Assembly (NCBI GenBank): GCA_951406725.2
Contig: OX597817.1
Location: 88,846,001 to 88,910,000, forward strand
Direction: 5' to 3'
Length of the DNA: 64,000 bases
From: Octopus vulgaris
Taxonomy: Eukaryota
Shown piece after piece: positions 28,374 through 41,809 of this stretch (position 1 is its first letter; the number at the start of each line of letters is the position of its first letter). A program made the position numbers and the translations under genes. A model generated the notes under the pieces. The model ran no database searches. It was not told the origin of the DNA and saw only the letters and a list, made by a program, of their open reading frames with translations.

Positions 28374-28420
28374 CTTATGTATATGTATAGAGTGTTTGCA
28401 GTGGTGTACAGATATTGTAT

Positions 28421-28594
28421 ATTAAGAAAAAGGAGGCAGTCAGAATTTTGGATAATTCTTTAAGAGTACTTTCGTTCGTTAAATCGAATTCTTCAAGAAA
28501 ATAAAAACCTTATTTTCTTGAAGAGTTCGGTTAAACGAACGAAAGTGTCTGATGAAGAATTACCCAAAATTCTGACTGCTTCCTTTTTCTTAAT
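28421..28594. mobile_element. Fold-back element with decayed minimal HHR in each arm
   Basis: ~85-bp imperfect arms; TTGAAGA-gttcg-gttaaa-cgaac-GAAA; opposite arm has GAA-agtact-C palindromic stem III. Confidence 0.6.
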
Positions 28595-28618
28595 CTATCT
28601 ATCTACCTACCTACCTAC

Positions 28619-28704
<86 letters not shown>

Positions 28705-28896
28705 GTCTATCTATCTGTCAATCTATCTGTCTATCTATCTGTCTGTCTGTCTGTAGTTATACTTGGCTATGGTTCTTTTCGAATTAAACACACACACTGT
28801 TTACTTGATCTTCACTTCAGTTTTTATTCGCATTATTTTTATCTTATACGTGTCAAAATTCTGTGATTTCTTCAGTGACTCCCTGTCCCATGTGTC

Positions 28897-28974
<78 letters not shown>

Positions 28975-28989
28975 ATATATATATATATA

Positions 28990-29838
28990 TATGAAAAAAG
29001 GTTTGAAAATGCAATTTAAACGATGTTTATTTACTTAACCGGTTTCACTCTTTGTTAAAAAGATTGTCAAAAGTAACATTGAATATTATGGGTTCAAAAA
29101 AGTTTTTTACATAATTGTCACATTGAATATTATGAATTCAAAAATGTTTTTTATACATAATTGTCACATTACATGTATAAATATAGTATAAAAAAGTTCA
29201 ATAGTGTGATGAGAATATTTGGAAAAATTGGCAGAAAAGAATAAAACAAATATATTATTGGAAATTTGGTTGCGTTAATTATTGGTTGTCGCAAATTGTC
29301 ACATTACATGTATATATATACAGTCTTTGGTAGAAATGACATGTTAAAGACATAAGGAAGTGTAATAGTTTGGTGAGAAAGCTTGTAATATTGACAGAGA
29401 AAATTAAAATGGATATTTTAGACATCTCAGAATATTTTGAATCGAAGGCGAGAATTTGTTTTTACTGACCTGTTTGTTTTAGCAGAAAAGTTGAATTGAG
29501 AGAAAAAAAAGATATGTACCCAATTTGGTTTATACTTCCCCTTCAAGCATCAGTGACTTTGGGGTTATTGGGAGGTGAGTATGCGGGTGTGAATAGATGT
29601 GTCCGTGTGCCTGCTGGTCAGACAGCGTCTGTTTGTCACACACATATATACACACACACACACAACAACAATACACACACACACATAGTATACACACACA
29701 CACCACATACACACAACACACACACACACAGAACACACACACACACAACGCACCCACATATATAATATATACACACAGCACACAAATATAACATGTATTT
29801 ATATATAATATACACACATATATAAAACATACACACAC

Positions 29839-29875
<37 letters not shown>

Positions 29876-30569
29876 CACACGCACACATATATACATAATA
29901 TAAATATCACACAAATACACCTAGCATATATATACACATACAATACACATACACAGCATGTATATAATACACATACACAATATATGCATGCAATATACAT
30001 ACGCAATACATACATATAATATATATATATATAGACAATGCATATACATATATACATATATACATATAAATAGTGTTTACATACACATACATAGATATAC
30101 CACATATACACACAATATACATACATACAATGCATACACATACACGTACGCATACATATAAAATATATAGACACACACACACATAACATACATACACAAT
30201 GCATACATATATATACACGCAACGTATATACATGTATTCATGTATATATACACACTTACAATATACATATATACAATGCACACATACACACATATATACA
30301 CTTAATTGTACACATACATATACAATACACATACATACAATATACATATACACAATGCGCATGCAAATAATGCACATGTTTATACACCCATATACATGAA
30401 AATATATATACACACACACACATACACACACACATATATATATATACACATATATATATATATATACACATATACATACATACATACATGCACATACATA
30501 TATTTTTTCACACACATACACACACATATATATATAAAATTCACACACACACCCACACACACAAAATAC

Positions 30570-30609
<40 letters not shown>

Positions 30610-31392
30610 ATATGCATGGTATGTGTGTATATGTGAGTACATTGTTTGTGTGTGTGTGCGGTATGTAGAGATATATTTGAGTGTGTACACTATAGGTTTG
30701 TATTTTGTGTGTGTGGGTGTGTGTGTGAATTTTATATATATATGTGTGTGTATGTGTGTGAAAAAATATATGTATGTGCATGTATGTATGTATGTATATG
30801 TGTATATATATATATATGTGTATATATATATATGTGTGTGTGTATGTGTGTGTGTGTATATATATTTTCATGTATATGGGTGTATAAACATGTGCATTAT
30901 TTGCATGCGCATTGTGTATATGTATATTGTATGTATGTGTATTGTATATGTATGTGTACAATTAAGTGTATATATGTGTGTATGTGTGCATTGTATATAT
31001 GTATATTGTAAGTGTGCTATATATACATGAATACATGTATATACGTTGCGTGTATATATATGTATGCATTGTGTATGTATGTTATGTGTGTGTGTGTCTA
31101 TATATTTTATATGTATGCGTACGTGTATGTGTATGCATTGTATGTATGTATATTGTGTGTATATGTGGTATATCTATGTATGTGTATGTAAACACTATTT
31201 ATATGTATATATGTATATATGTATATGCATTGTCTATATATATATATATTATATGTATGTATTGCGTATGTATATTGCATGCATATATTGTGTATGTGTA
31301 TTATATACATGCTGTGTATGTGTATTGTATGTGTATATATATGCTAGGTGTATTTGTGTGATATTTATATTATGTATATATGTGTGCGTGTG

Positions 31393-31433
<41 letters not shown>

Positions 31434-32320
31434 GTGTGTGTATGTTTTATATATGTGTGTATATTATATATAAATACATGTTATATTTGTGTGCTGTGTG
31501 TATATATTATATATGTGGGTGCGTTGTGTGTGTGTGTGTTCTGTGTGTGTGTGTGTTGTGTGTATGTGGTGTGTGTGTGTATACTATGTGTGTGTGTGTA
31601 TTGTTGTTGAGTGTGTGTGTGTATATATGTGTGTGACAAACAGACGCTGTCTGACCAGCAGGCACACGGACACATCTATTCACACCCGCATACTCACCTC
31701 CCAATAACCCCAAAGTCACTGATGCTTGAAGGGGAAGTATAAACCAAATTGGGTACATATCTTTTTTTTCTCTCAATTCAACTTTTCTGCTAAAACAAAC
31801 AGGTCAGTAAAAAACAAATTCTCGCCTTCGATTCAAAATATTCTGAGATGTCTAAAATATCCATTTTAATTTTCTCTGTCAATATTACAAGCTTTCTCAC
31901 CAAACTATTACACTTCCTTATGTCTTTAACATGTCATTTCTACCAAAGACTGTATATATATACATGTAATGTGACAATTTGCGACAACCAATAATTAACG
32001 CAACCAAATTTCCAATAATATATTTGTTTTATTCTTTTCTGCCAATTTTTCCAAATATTCTCATCACACTATTGAACTTTTTTATACTATATTTATACAT
32101 GTAATGTGACAATTATGTATAAAAAAACATTTTTGAATTCATAATATTCAATGTGACAATTATGTAAAAAACTTTTTTTGAACCCATAATATTCAATGTT
32201 ACTTTTGACAATCTTTTTAACAAAGAGTGAAACCGGTTAAGTAAATAAACATCGTTTAAATTGCATTTTCAAACCTTTTTTCATATATAATCCCACTCGT
32301 GCGATACCCCACAACTCAAC

Positions 32321-32325
<5 letters not shown>
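28990..32325 (+). mobile_element. 3.3-kb palindrome: inverted partial copy (28990-30570) + full copy (~30590-32325) of a microsatellite-rich pLTR-like element
   Basis: Arms 28990-30570 and 30699-32284 nearly identical in reverse complement; 128-bp spacer; HHR variant at 32199-32244 and ~29030-29075 (-); (TA)n both sides. Confidence 0.85.
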
Positions 32326-32406
<81 letters not shown>

Positions 32407-32415
<9 letters not shown>

Positions 32416-34574
32416 TTAATAAGGGTGAGAGAATTAGATACTAATTTAATAGTATATTTATTACACCAAGTGGCCTAGTGCTTCGAGAAACCTGGATTAT
32501 TATAATATTTTATAACATATTATAATATTTTTACAAAATAAATATAAGAGAGTGGTCACTATATTGCTCACTCTAGCACCAGTTAATCCAAAAGGTTTCA
32601 ACCACGAAAATACATGCTTATCATGAAAGTCAGTACGATTGTTAGCTCACACGGACAGGGCAAATAAAAAATAACAAAAATACAGATTATTTTGGGACCG
32701 TGTGATTGAGTGGATTTCATCCAGATAGTCTTGGCTGACGAGCTACAAATGGATTTTTATTGTAAGTAAAATTACATTTAATTCATTAATAGCGAAACAA
32801 TTGTCCCAAAATAATCTGTATTTTTGTTATTTTTTATTTGCCCTGTCCGTGTGAGCTAACAATCGTACTGACTTTCATGATAAGCATGTATTTTCGTGGT
32901 TGAAACCTTTTGGATTAACTGGTGCTAGAGTGAGCAATATAGTGACCACTCTCTTATATTTATTTTGTAAAAATATTATAATATGTTATAAAATATTATA
33001 ATAATCCAGGTTTCTCGAAGCACTAGGCCACTTGGTGTGGAATAAATATACTATTAAATTAGTATCTAATTCTCTCACCCTTATTAATTAATTATAATTA
33101 TGCTGCATTTATTTCTAAATGCTGTATTTGTTTTCCGTGAAAGTTTGGCGCGCTGTTGGTTGGGGCATTTGAATTATAACGTCGGATGTAATCAATTGAA
33201 CCACACGCGTATTTATCGTTATGGTAAAATCTGGCGTGTGATTGAGTGGATTTCATCCAGATAGTCTTGGCTGACGAGCTACAAATGGATTTTTATTGTA
33301 AGTAAAATTACATTTAATTCATTAATAGCGAAACAATTGTCCCAAAATAATCTGTATTTTTGTTATTTTTTATTTGCCCTGTCCGTGTGAGCTAACAATC
33401 GTACTGACTTTCATGATAAGCATGTATTTTCGTGGTTGAAACCTTTTGGATTAACTGGTGCTAGAGTGAGCAATATAGTGACCACTCTCTTATATTTATT
33501 TTGTAAAAATATTATAATATGTTATAAAATATTATAATAATCCAGGTTTCTCGAAGCACTAGGCCACTTGGTGTGGAATAAATATACTATTAAATTAGTA
33601 TCTAATTCTCTCACCCTTATTAATTAATTATAATTATGCTGCATTTATTTCTAAATGCTGTATTTGTTTTCCGTGAAAGTTTGGCGCGCTGTTGGTTGGG
33701 GCATTTGAATTATAACGTCGGATGTAATCAATTGAACCACACGCGTATTTATCGTTATGGTAAAATCTGGCGTGTGATTGAGTGGATTTCATCCAGATAG
33801 TCTTGGCTGACGAGCTACAAATGGATTTTTATTGTAAGTAAAATTACATTTAATTCATTAATAGCGAAACAATTGTCCCAAAATAATCTGTATTTTTGTT
33901 ATTTTTTATTTGCCCTGTCCGTGTGAGCTAACAATCGTACTGACTTTCATGATAAGCATGTATTTTCGTGGTTGAAACCTTTTGGATTAACTGGTGCTAG
34001 AGTGAGCAATATAGTGACCACTCTCTTATATTTATTTTGTAAAAATATTATAATATGTTATAAAATATTATAATAATCCAGGTTTCTCGAAGCACTAGGC
34101 CACTTGGTGTGGAATAAATATACTATTAAATTAGTATCTAATTCTCTCACCCTTATTAATTAATTATAATTATGCTGCATTTATTTCTAAATGCTGTATT
34201 TGTTTTCCGTGAAAGTTTGGCGCGCTGTTGGTTGGGGCATTTGAATTATAACGTCGGATGTAATCAATTGAACCACACGCGTATTTATCGTTATGGTAAA
34301 ATCTGGCGTGTGATTGAGTGGATTTCATCCAGATAGTCTTGGCTGACGAGCTACAAATGGATTTTTATTGTAAGTAAAATTACATTTAATTCATTAATAG
34401 CGAAACAATTGTCCCAAAATAATCTGTATTTTTGTTATTTTTTATTTGCCCTGTCCGTGTGAGCTAACAATCGTACTGACTTTCATGATAAGCATGTATT
34501 TTCGTGGTTGAAACCTTTTGGATTAACTGGTGCTAGAGTGAGCAATATAGTGACCACTCTCTTATATTTATTTT
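32407..34574 (+). mobile_element. Retrozyme-like array: ~3.5 tandem 536-bp units preceded by an inverted partial unit
   Basis: Unit starts at 32701, 33237, 33773, 34309; 32407-32698 is the reverse complement of 32803-33097; (TA)n flanks; one HHR per unit. Confidence 0.9.
32731..32809 (+). ncRNA. Intact type I hammerhead ribozyme (repeated at 33267-33345, 33803-33881, 34339-34417)
   Basis: ttgg-CTGACGA-gcta[long hairpin]tagc-GAAAC-aatt-GTC-ccaa; predicted cleavage after 32805. Confidence 0.9.
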
Positions 34575-35233
34575 ATATATATATATATATATACATATAT
34601 AAAGATCTGTCTCTTTTATTCTTAACAGTATTTCAATTCTGAAATATTCTTGATACTTGACATTATCACTCTTCTCATTCGGAGTCGATCTCAGTTGCCA
34701 CCAGGTGATTTCTTTGTAGTTACTCTGCATCTAAACAGAAATTCAATTAATCAAGAATATATCTTGTATGGTATTTAAAATGTCTTAATTATTATTGATC
34801 GCTCTGAGCTATGTGTAACTTGGAGTAAAGGTTTGTGAAGTTCTTCACTTTCATTAAAATTCTCTCTCTCACTTTCTCGTTCTCTCTATGTACGTTCATA
34901 GATACGAAAGTGTGTGTGTGTATGTGTGTGCGTGCGTGTGCGTGTATAACCACTTCTAGCCACCTTCGATTAACATTCCCAGGACCATATTTTTTAGTAA
35001 GTCATAGTTTTAGTGGTTAACCAAACTGGCCACTCATAGTGCATACGTATTACATTACGTGGATTTAGTCTTTCTCATTTGCAAAATGAACCCCACTTAA
35101 TTTTGCTCAGATTGCTTTCAATTTTGGTGTATCGATGTAAGTCTGAATTTTGGTTACGATGAACCAATTATTTTATTTCGTAAATTAAAGAATCTGATGT
35201 TATATCAAAGTTGGGAAATTTGGGTAATTTTAG

Positions 35234-35279
35234 CCAATCAACAGACAGCGTGGCATTAGCAGCTTGTTACTATGGCAAC
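35234..35279. promoter_or_regulatory. CCAAT box plus RFX X-box
   Basis: AGCCAATCA at ~35232-35240; GTTACTATGGCAAC at 35266-35279 fits GTHNYYATRRNAAC; unique non-repeat context. Confidence 0.45.
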
Positions 35280-35732
35280 CGTACGCTGTGTTGTGGTTCA
35301 CTGTTGTCTGTGCCGCTGTTGTCTATGTTGATATTTCACACTTATTACTTTTACATATTTTTTCATTTCATGTATTTTTGGGACTCATTGACTCAAACAG
35401 CTGGATTTATGATTTCACTAGGTTAATTCTATTCATAAAAATTTAAATAGGAGTATTTCTTAAACTGTTAACTTCACATCTCAACAGCTTAAATGAAATT
35501 TAGCCCACGTAACAGGAACTGAGAGGGATATCGTGGAACAAAGAAACTGTGGGTGATACAGATAATTTGACATTACTTTTTAATTCTGCATGCAAAAACA
35601 TATACGAGGTATTCTTTTCTTTGGGACAAATTCTTAGTTGACCAGTGTTATTCATATCACAGTTTACAAATCCAAGCATGAAAAAATTTTTCAGTTTCCG
35701 AGTTTTGGAGACACACACACACAAACGCGCAA

Positions 35733-35788
<56 letters not shown>

Positions 35789-36349
35789 TGCACTTATATA
35801 TTAATGATCTACATGGCAGGTATACATAATACTGAAGTATGCATAAAGTAAACAGATGCAGGCAAATATATTAATATAACAAATCTTTTAAAATGATAAA
35901 AACATACAATCAATGAAGAGAGAGAGGAAACAGTAAGTTGACACATGTTGATTTTATCAGGTATTTCTGTTTATTTAGAAACCTACAATGAAGGGGTCAG
36001 ACGCTAAACTAAAAAAAAATCACAGAGTACAACCTTAAAGTTGACACCGCTTCGCTAAACGCAGAACATTTCTGTCTCGCTAAAAATACCCAGTTTTTTT
36101 TTATTTTTAAACCTTTGTAACTTTTTTCTTCAATATTTTTTCTCCACAACATCATACCATTAAAACAATGAGACTTGAAGGCGGCATTATTATAGCCGAT
36201 TTTCAGATTTCTTTCTTCCTTTTGAAAAATGCATATTTGACGAAAACTCCTGTGTATTGTCTCTCTCTCTTTCCTTCCCTCCCTTTCCCTCTCTTCCTCT
36301 GATCTCCTTATCTCTCTCTCTCTACACACATACACATATCTGTATATAT

Positions 36350-36735
36350 GCACAGGCGTGGCTGTGTGTAAGAAGCTTGCTTGTCAAAAACATGATTCTG
36401 GGTTCAGTCCCACTGCATGGCACCTTGGGCAAGTGTCTTTTCCTATGGCCTCAGGCCGACCAAACTCTTGTAAGTAGATTTGGTAGACAGGAACTGAAAG
36501 AATCTTGTCGTATGTATATATGTGTAAGCATGTATGTGGGGGTGTCTGTGTTTGTTCCCCTGCCATCGCTTGACAACCGATTCTGATGTCTATGTTCCCT
36601 TAACTTAGCGGTTCGGCAACAGAATCCGATAGAATAAATACTAAGCTTATAAAGAATCAGTTTTGGGGTCGATTTCTTCGACTAAACTCCTTTAAGGATG
36701 TGCTCCAGCATGGCCGCAGTTTAAATGACTGAAAT
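36350..36735 (+). mobile_element. Octopus-type SINE
   Basis: ggcgtggctgtgtg...ggttcagtcccactgc...tgctccagcatggccgcag. Confidence 0.75.
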
Positions 36736-36954
36736 ACCCCCTTCTATTAACTGACCCTTTCCTTGCTTCTCTTCCCTTTGTAACTTATCTTCCTCTTCTT
36801 CTCTATTCTACTTGCATCTTTCCAGTTCCACCTCCTCACCTATGTACATACCATTCCTTCAGTCATTTAAACTGCGGCCATGCTGGAGCACATCCTTAAA
36901 TGAGTTTAGTCGAAGAAATCGACCCCAAAACTGATTCTTTATAAGCTTAGTATT

Positions 36955-38620
36955 GATGCCATTTTAGTCTCCTTGTATAAAATCTGGGCCAAAGGATTTT
37001 GTTAGAACGCATTTTGTTAGAACGTTTAAATACCTTTATAGTTCTAAATATAGTGTCTGAGTCTCAGAATGGTTTTCCTTCCCCCAGGAGCACCGCTGAT
37101 TGTATCTTTACCGAGAAACAATTACAAGAAAAGTGCATTGAACAGAATCTTGCTCTATACCATTGCTTTGTTGATTTGAGCAAAGCATTCAATACTGTTA
37201 ATCGAAATGCTCTATGGCTAATTCTAAGGAAAATAGATTGCTCAGAAAAATTTATAAACATGATCAGGGCTTTGCATCAAGGTAGAAAAGCTAGAGTTAA
37301 TTTTGGTGGTAGGCTCTCTGAATCTTTTGCTGTGGAAAATGGAGTAAAGCAAGGAGACCTTGATGCACCCACCCTCTTTGCAATATATTTTGCTATTGTT
37401 TTGTCACATGCTTTTCAAAACTCTGAGGAGTGTATTTACATATAATATCGAACCACAGGGAATGTTTTCAATCTGACTAAACTGAAATTCAAAACAAAGG
37501 TTTTTACTTCACTCATTAGGGAACTTTTGTGTGCTGACGATTGCGATCTTGTCAGTCATTCTGAAGCAGGTCTGCAATCTCTTGTATCTGCATTTGACTC
37601 AGCTTGTGATGATTTTGGCTTGACCATCAACTTGAAAAAATAGTTGTAATGCATCAACCTGCGTGTGGTGCTGTTTGTAACTCCACTAAAACTTTTGTAA
37701 AGGGAAAGTTACTTGAAGTTGTCGATTCGTTCGTCTACCTTGAAAGCTTTGTCCAAAATGATGGAAATCATGATAGAGAAATACAGCTGCGAATTTAAAG
37801 GGCAGCAAAAGTATTTAGTGGTTTCGAGTCAAGTGTTTGTGCCAGCGACATATAAATAAGAAAACAAAGCTGGCTCTTTATAAATCATTTGTCTTACCAT
37901 CCTTGTTGTATTCCTGTGAAACTTGGACATGTTATGAAAGGCATTTTAAATTGTTAGAACAGTTCCACCAAAAATGCCTTCATCGCATTTTAAAAATTAA
38001 ATGGAGTTCTTTTACTCCAAACTCAGATGTCTTTGTATCTGCAGCCATCATCTCAATTAAAGCTACGATTTTTAGAACCAACTGAGACGGTGTGACCATA
38101 TTGTTCGAATGGCAGATGAACAAACACATTCCGAAACAGCTGTTTTATGGTGAGCTTGCAGAAGAGAAACGATATCGGCGTAAACCTAATAAAAGGTTTA
38201 AGGACGGCATAAGGAATACCATGAAGTCATTGGGAATGGTTCTAGAAGATATAGAAACCCTTGCTTCAGATCGACTTGGATGGCGATCAAAGGTGTAGAG
38301 TGGGGTGAAAGCATTTGAAGAGGCCAAGATAAAACAAGTAAGACTTAAAAGAGAACTAAGGAAGAATGTAACTATCGAGAAGGGGAATGACAATGACCCT
38401 TTTGTGTGTAAAGTCTGTAACAGACCACGCCTGTCTTTTGCTGGCCTCAAATCTCATCTGCGAACGCATGGAAAACAAACCTCCACCAACTATTCTGCCT
38501 ATATGCCTGTGCACACCTTTGAACGCAGTGTATGCTAGGAAGTTTGCAAATCCAACGGAGGCCTCAAGAGACATTTTAAGATCCACAAAGAGCAGAACTT
38601 ATCTGCAGCTCTTGGAGATC
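36955..38620 (+). pseudogene. 5'-truncated RTE-clade LINE (RT and C-terminal C2H2 fingers), disrupted
   Basis: ESQNGF, FVDLSKAFNTVNR, GVKQGD..AP, CADD, LLYSCETW, PKQLFYGEL, CKVC...LKSHLRTH; stops and frameshifts. Confidence 0.9.
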
Positions 38621-39790
38621 TGGGGGCCGCAGTTTGTAACTGATACTTAATTTATCGACCCCAAAAGGTTGAAAGGCAAAGTCGACCTCGGCGGAATTTG
38701 AACTCAGAACGTAGTGGCAAACAAAATACCGCTAAATTAAAGGCTGCCTCTTGCTTCTATTGACATTATTGACTTTTCTTTACGAGGCCTGAAATTTTAG
38801 TGAGAGAGGCTAGTTGGTTACCTCAACCCCAGTGCTTAGTTGGTACTTATCTTATCGCCCCTTGAAAGGATGAAATGCTTGGTTGACCTCAGCGGAATTT
38901 GAACTCAGAACGTAAAGCAGGAACGCTAAACGAATCTGCCAGCATGCAGCCTTTCTGCTACAGTTGTTATATTGGTTTCACATTTTGGCCCAAGGCCAGC
39001 AATTTTGAGGGAGGGGTAAGTCAATTACATCGTCCTCAGTGCGCAACTGGTACTTATTTCATCAACCCCTAAAGGACGAAAGGCAAAATTGATCTCGGCA
39101 GAATTTGAACTCAGAACGTAAGGACGGACGAAATGCTGCTAAACATTTTGTCTGGCGTGCAAACGGTTCTGCCAGCTCGCCAACTTTTTGGTATTCCTTT
39201 CTAATCTAGGAATAAGGCCTGAAATTTTTGGGGAAACGGCCAGTCGATTAGATCAACCACAGTATGCAAGTGGTACTTAATTTATCGACCCCGAAAGGAT
39301 GAAAGGCAAAGTCGACCTCGGCAGACCACCTTTTTGACATTATTGTTGATGATAAACATGGTGAACTGGCAGAAACGTTAGTACGTCGGGCGAAATGCTT
39401 AGCGGTATTTTGTCTGCCATTACGTTCTGAGTTCAAATTCCGCCGAGGTCGACTTTGCCTTTTATCCTTTCGGGCTCAATAAATTAAGTACCAGTTACAC
39501 ACTGGGGTCGATGTAATCGACTTAATCCGTTTATCTGTCCTTGTTTGTCCCCTCTATGCTTTGTTCCTTGTGGGCAAAAAAGAAATAAGAAAAGTTAGCA
39601 CGCTGGTGAAAACCCTTAGCAGCTTTCGTCTGTCTTAACGTTGTTTGTTCAAATTTCGCTGGATTCGACTTTGTCTTTCATTCTTTCAGGGTCGATTAAA
39701 TACGTACCAATTGGGCACTGGTATCGATGTAATTGAACAGCCTACGCTCCTCACAAAATTTCAGGCTTTGTGCCTATAGGGGAAAGAATT
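38620..39790. mobile_element. SINE cluster (several minus copies then plus copies)
   Basis: Repeated aaaggcaaagtcgacctcggcggaatttgaactcagaacg and its complement. Confidence 0.8.
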
Positions 39791-40099
39791 ATTATATTGA
39801 TGGTAGTATACGGTTGCTGTCGTTGTTATTGCTGTTATTTAGACCCTATTCGTCCCTGATTTAACAGCTCTAGCTCTTCATCAGAAGATCTTTCGGATTT
39901 TCACTGATGATCCTTGACAACTTGTATTCTTTTATTCTTTTATTCTTTTATTCGTCTCAGCGGCTGCGGTCATGCTGGAGCACCACCGTGTATCTCAATG
40001 TTTTATCATTAATTTGATACAACTTGTCCACTCGTTGCTGAATGTTGTAGTCTTTATTTTCAAATATAACATAATAAACATTAATTATTTATTCTTTAT

Positions 40100-41162
40100 T
40101 TTACAACTTTGATGATGTGGTGTGAAAAATTTGCAATTAGAGTCATTTTACGCTACCTGTGAAAAAAAAAAAAGTAAAACGGACTGAATGCAAGGGCAGC
40201 GGTAAAATAAACTAATGATGTCAACAAACGTCTGGCACAAAACTGGTTCTGATATCTCAAGGAAGACGACACCAACCTCGAAGACAAACTAAGATCAGGG
40301 AGACCTTCTGTTGTGGAAGATGAGGCTTTTCTTGAGATGACTGGACAACAGTCAAGCCCAAGCACTCGTACACTGTCAGCAGAACTTGGTCCTTCACAAA
40401 GCATCATCAATCAACATCTCTACAAGCTGTCCTTATGAACTGATCAATAATCAGTCTCAACGATATGTGAGCATTTGCAAATAAATGCTGGCAAATCCTC
40501 GAGACGCCTGCTTTTCGTTGGGGATGAAAAAATGGATCTACTTTCGTAATCCTAATAAGAGGAATCAGTGGCTTCGTTCCTTGTTGCCAAACAAGGGCCG
40601 TTTAAAAAAGAAAGTCATGAGTGTCTGATGGAATTTCGAGAGCGTGTTGCACTTTGAGCTTGTCCTAGATGGTATACTATGAAGGTTAACATTTATGCCC
40701 AAAGCTGCAGCGAGTGATATGATCCTTTGAAAGCTCACTACTCGGCATTGGTCAGTTGAAGACGCAGACTCCTACACCATGGCAATGCCACAGTACACAC
40801 TGCCAATGTGACCAAGCGCAAATTCGAGGTGCTAGAGGGGCAGGAAGTGTTGCCTCACCTTACCTACAGTCCAGACCGAGCACCATTAGACTTCCACCTT
40901 TTCTGAGCCACGTACGGAGGCTCAACAGTATGGATGATGCTGAAAATGGATGCAGGGAGATTTTTTATTCTTAACCAGCCAAATGGTATAAGCATAAAAT
41001 TGAACTTCTGGTAGAAAGATGGCAACACACAATAGAATACGCTGGAATATATTTTGATGAAAAAAAAAAAATTTACATCTGTAATGTTTTAAGTATTAAT
41101 TTGAAATATTAATTAAAGTTTTAAATAAAAAAAGACCCAACAACTTTTGACTCAACCTGATA
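40100..41162 (+). pseudogene. Decayed mariner transposon
   Basis: AQNWF..L.EDDTNLEDKLRSGRP, GDEKWIY, PYSPD.AP.DFHLF-like segments; terminal caacttttgactcaacctgata. Confidence 0.8.
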
Positions 41163-41768
41163 TGATCAAAAACATTCTAGTCATGGTCAACTAGCATGAC
41201 AAGAAACCATATAGTATTTTTCCATTCTGGTTTGATGTTTGTTTGTGTGGTGTATGACGTGGTATGTTATAGTGATTGCTACCATTCTGACTTGGGACCA
41301 TACTGACCACCACCACCACCACCACCACCACCACCACCACCACCACCACCACCACCACCGCCGCCGTTGCCGCCGCCACCACCACCACCATCACCACACC
41401 ACCGCCATTGCCACCACCGCCACCACAGCGACCGCTGCCATCACAGCGACCGCCGCCACCACAGCGACCGCCGCCACCACAGCGACCGCCGCCACCACAG
41501 CGACCGCCGCCACCACCGCCACCACAGCGACCGCCGCCGCCGCCGCTTCCACCACCGCCACCGCCACCTCCACCGCCACCGCCACCGCCGCCTCCACAGC
41601 AGCCACCAACAATTGCATTCTGTGCTGGTGTCGGAACCATCTGGAGAATTTTACCATTTCTCTGCTTCAAATTCTCATAGCGGAAGATAACAAACTGTGT
41701 GGGAGTAAATGTATGTATGTATGTATGTATGTATGTATGTATGTATGTATGTATGTATGTATTTGAGA

Positions 41769-41809
<41 letters not shown>

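Noticed and set aside
32701-34574. Tandem array as CRISPR or ordinary satellite
   Set aside because: No unique spacers; the HHR in every unit and the inverted partial copy fit a retrozyme/Penelope origin
39878-39915. tcatcag...ctgatga hairpin with GAAAGATCTT
   Set aside because: Core incomplete; at best a deleted HHR relic
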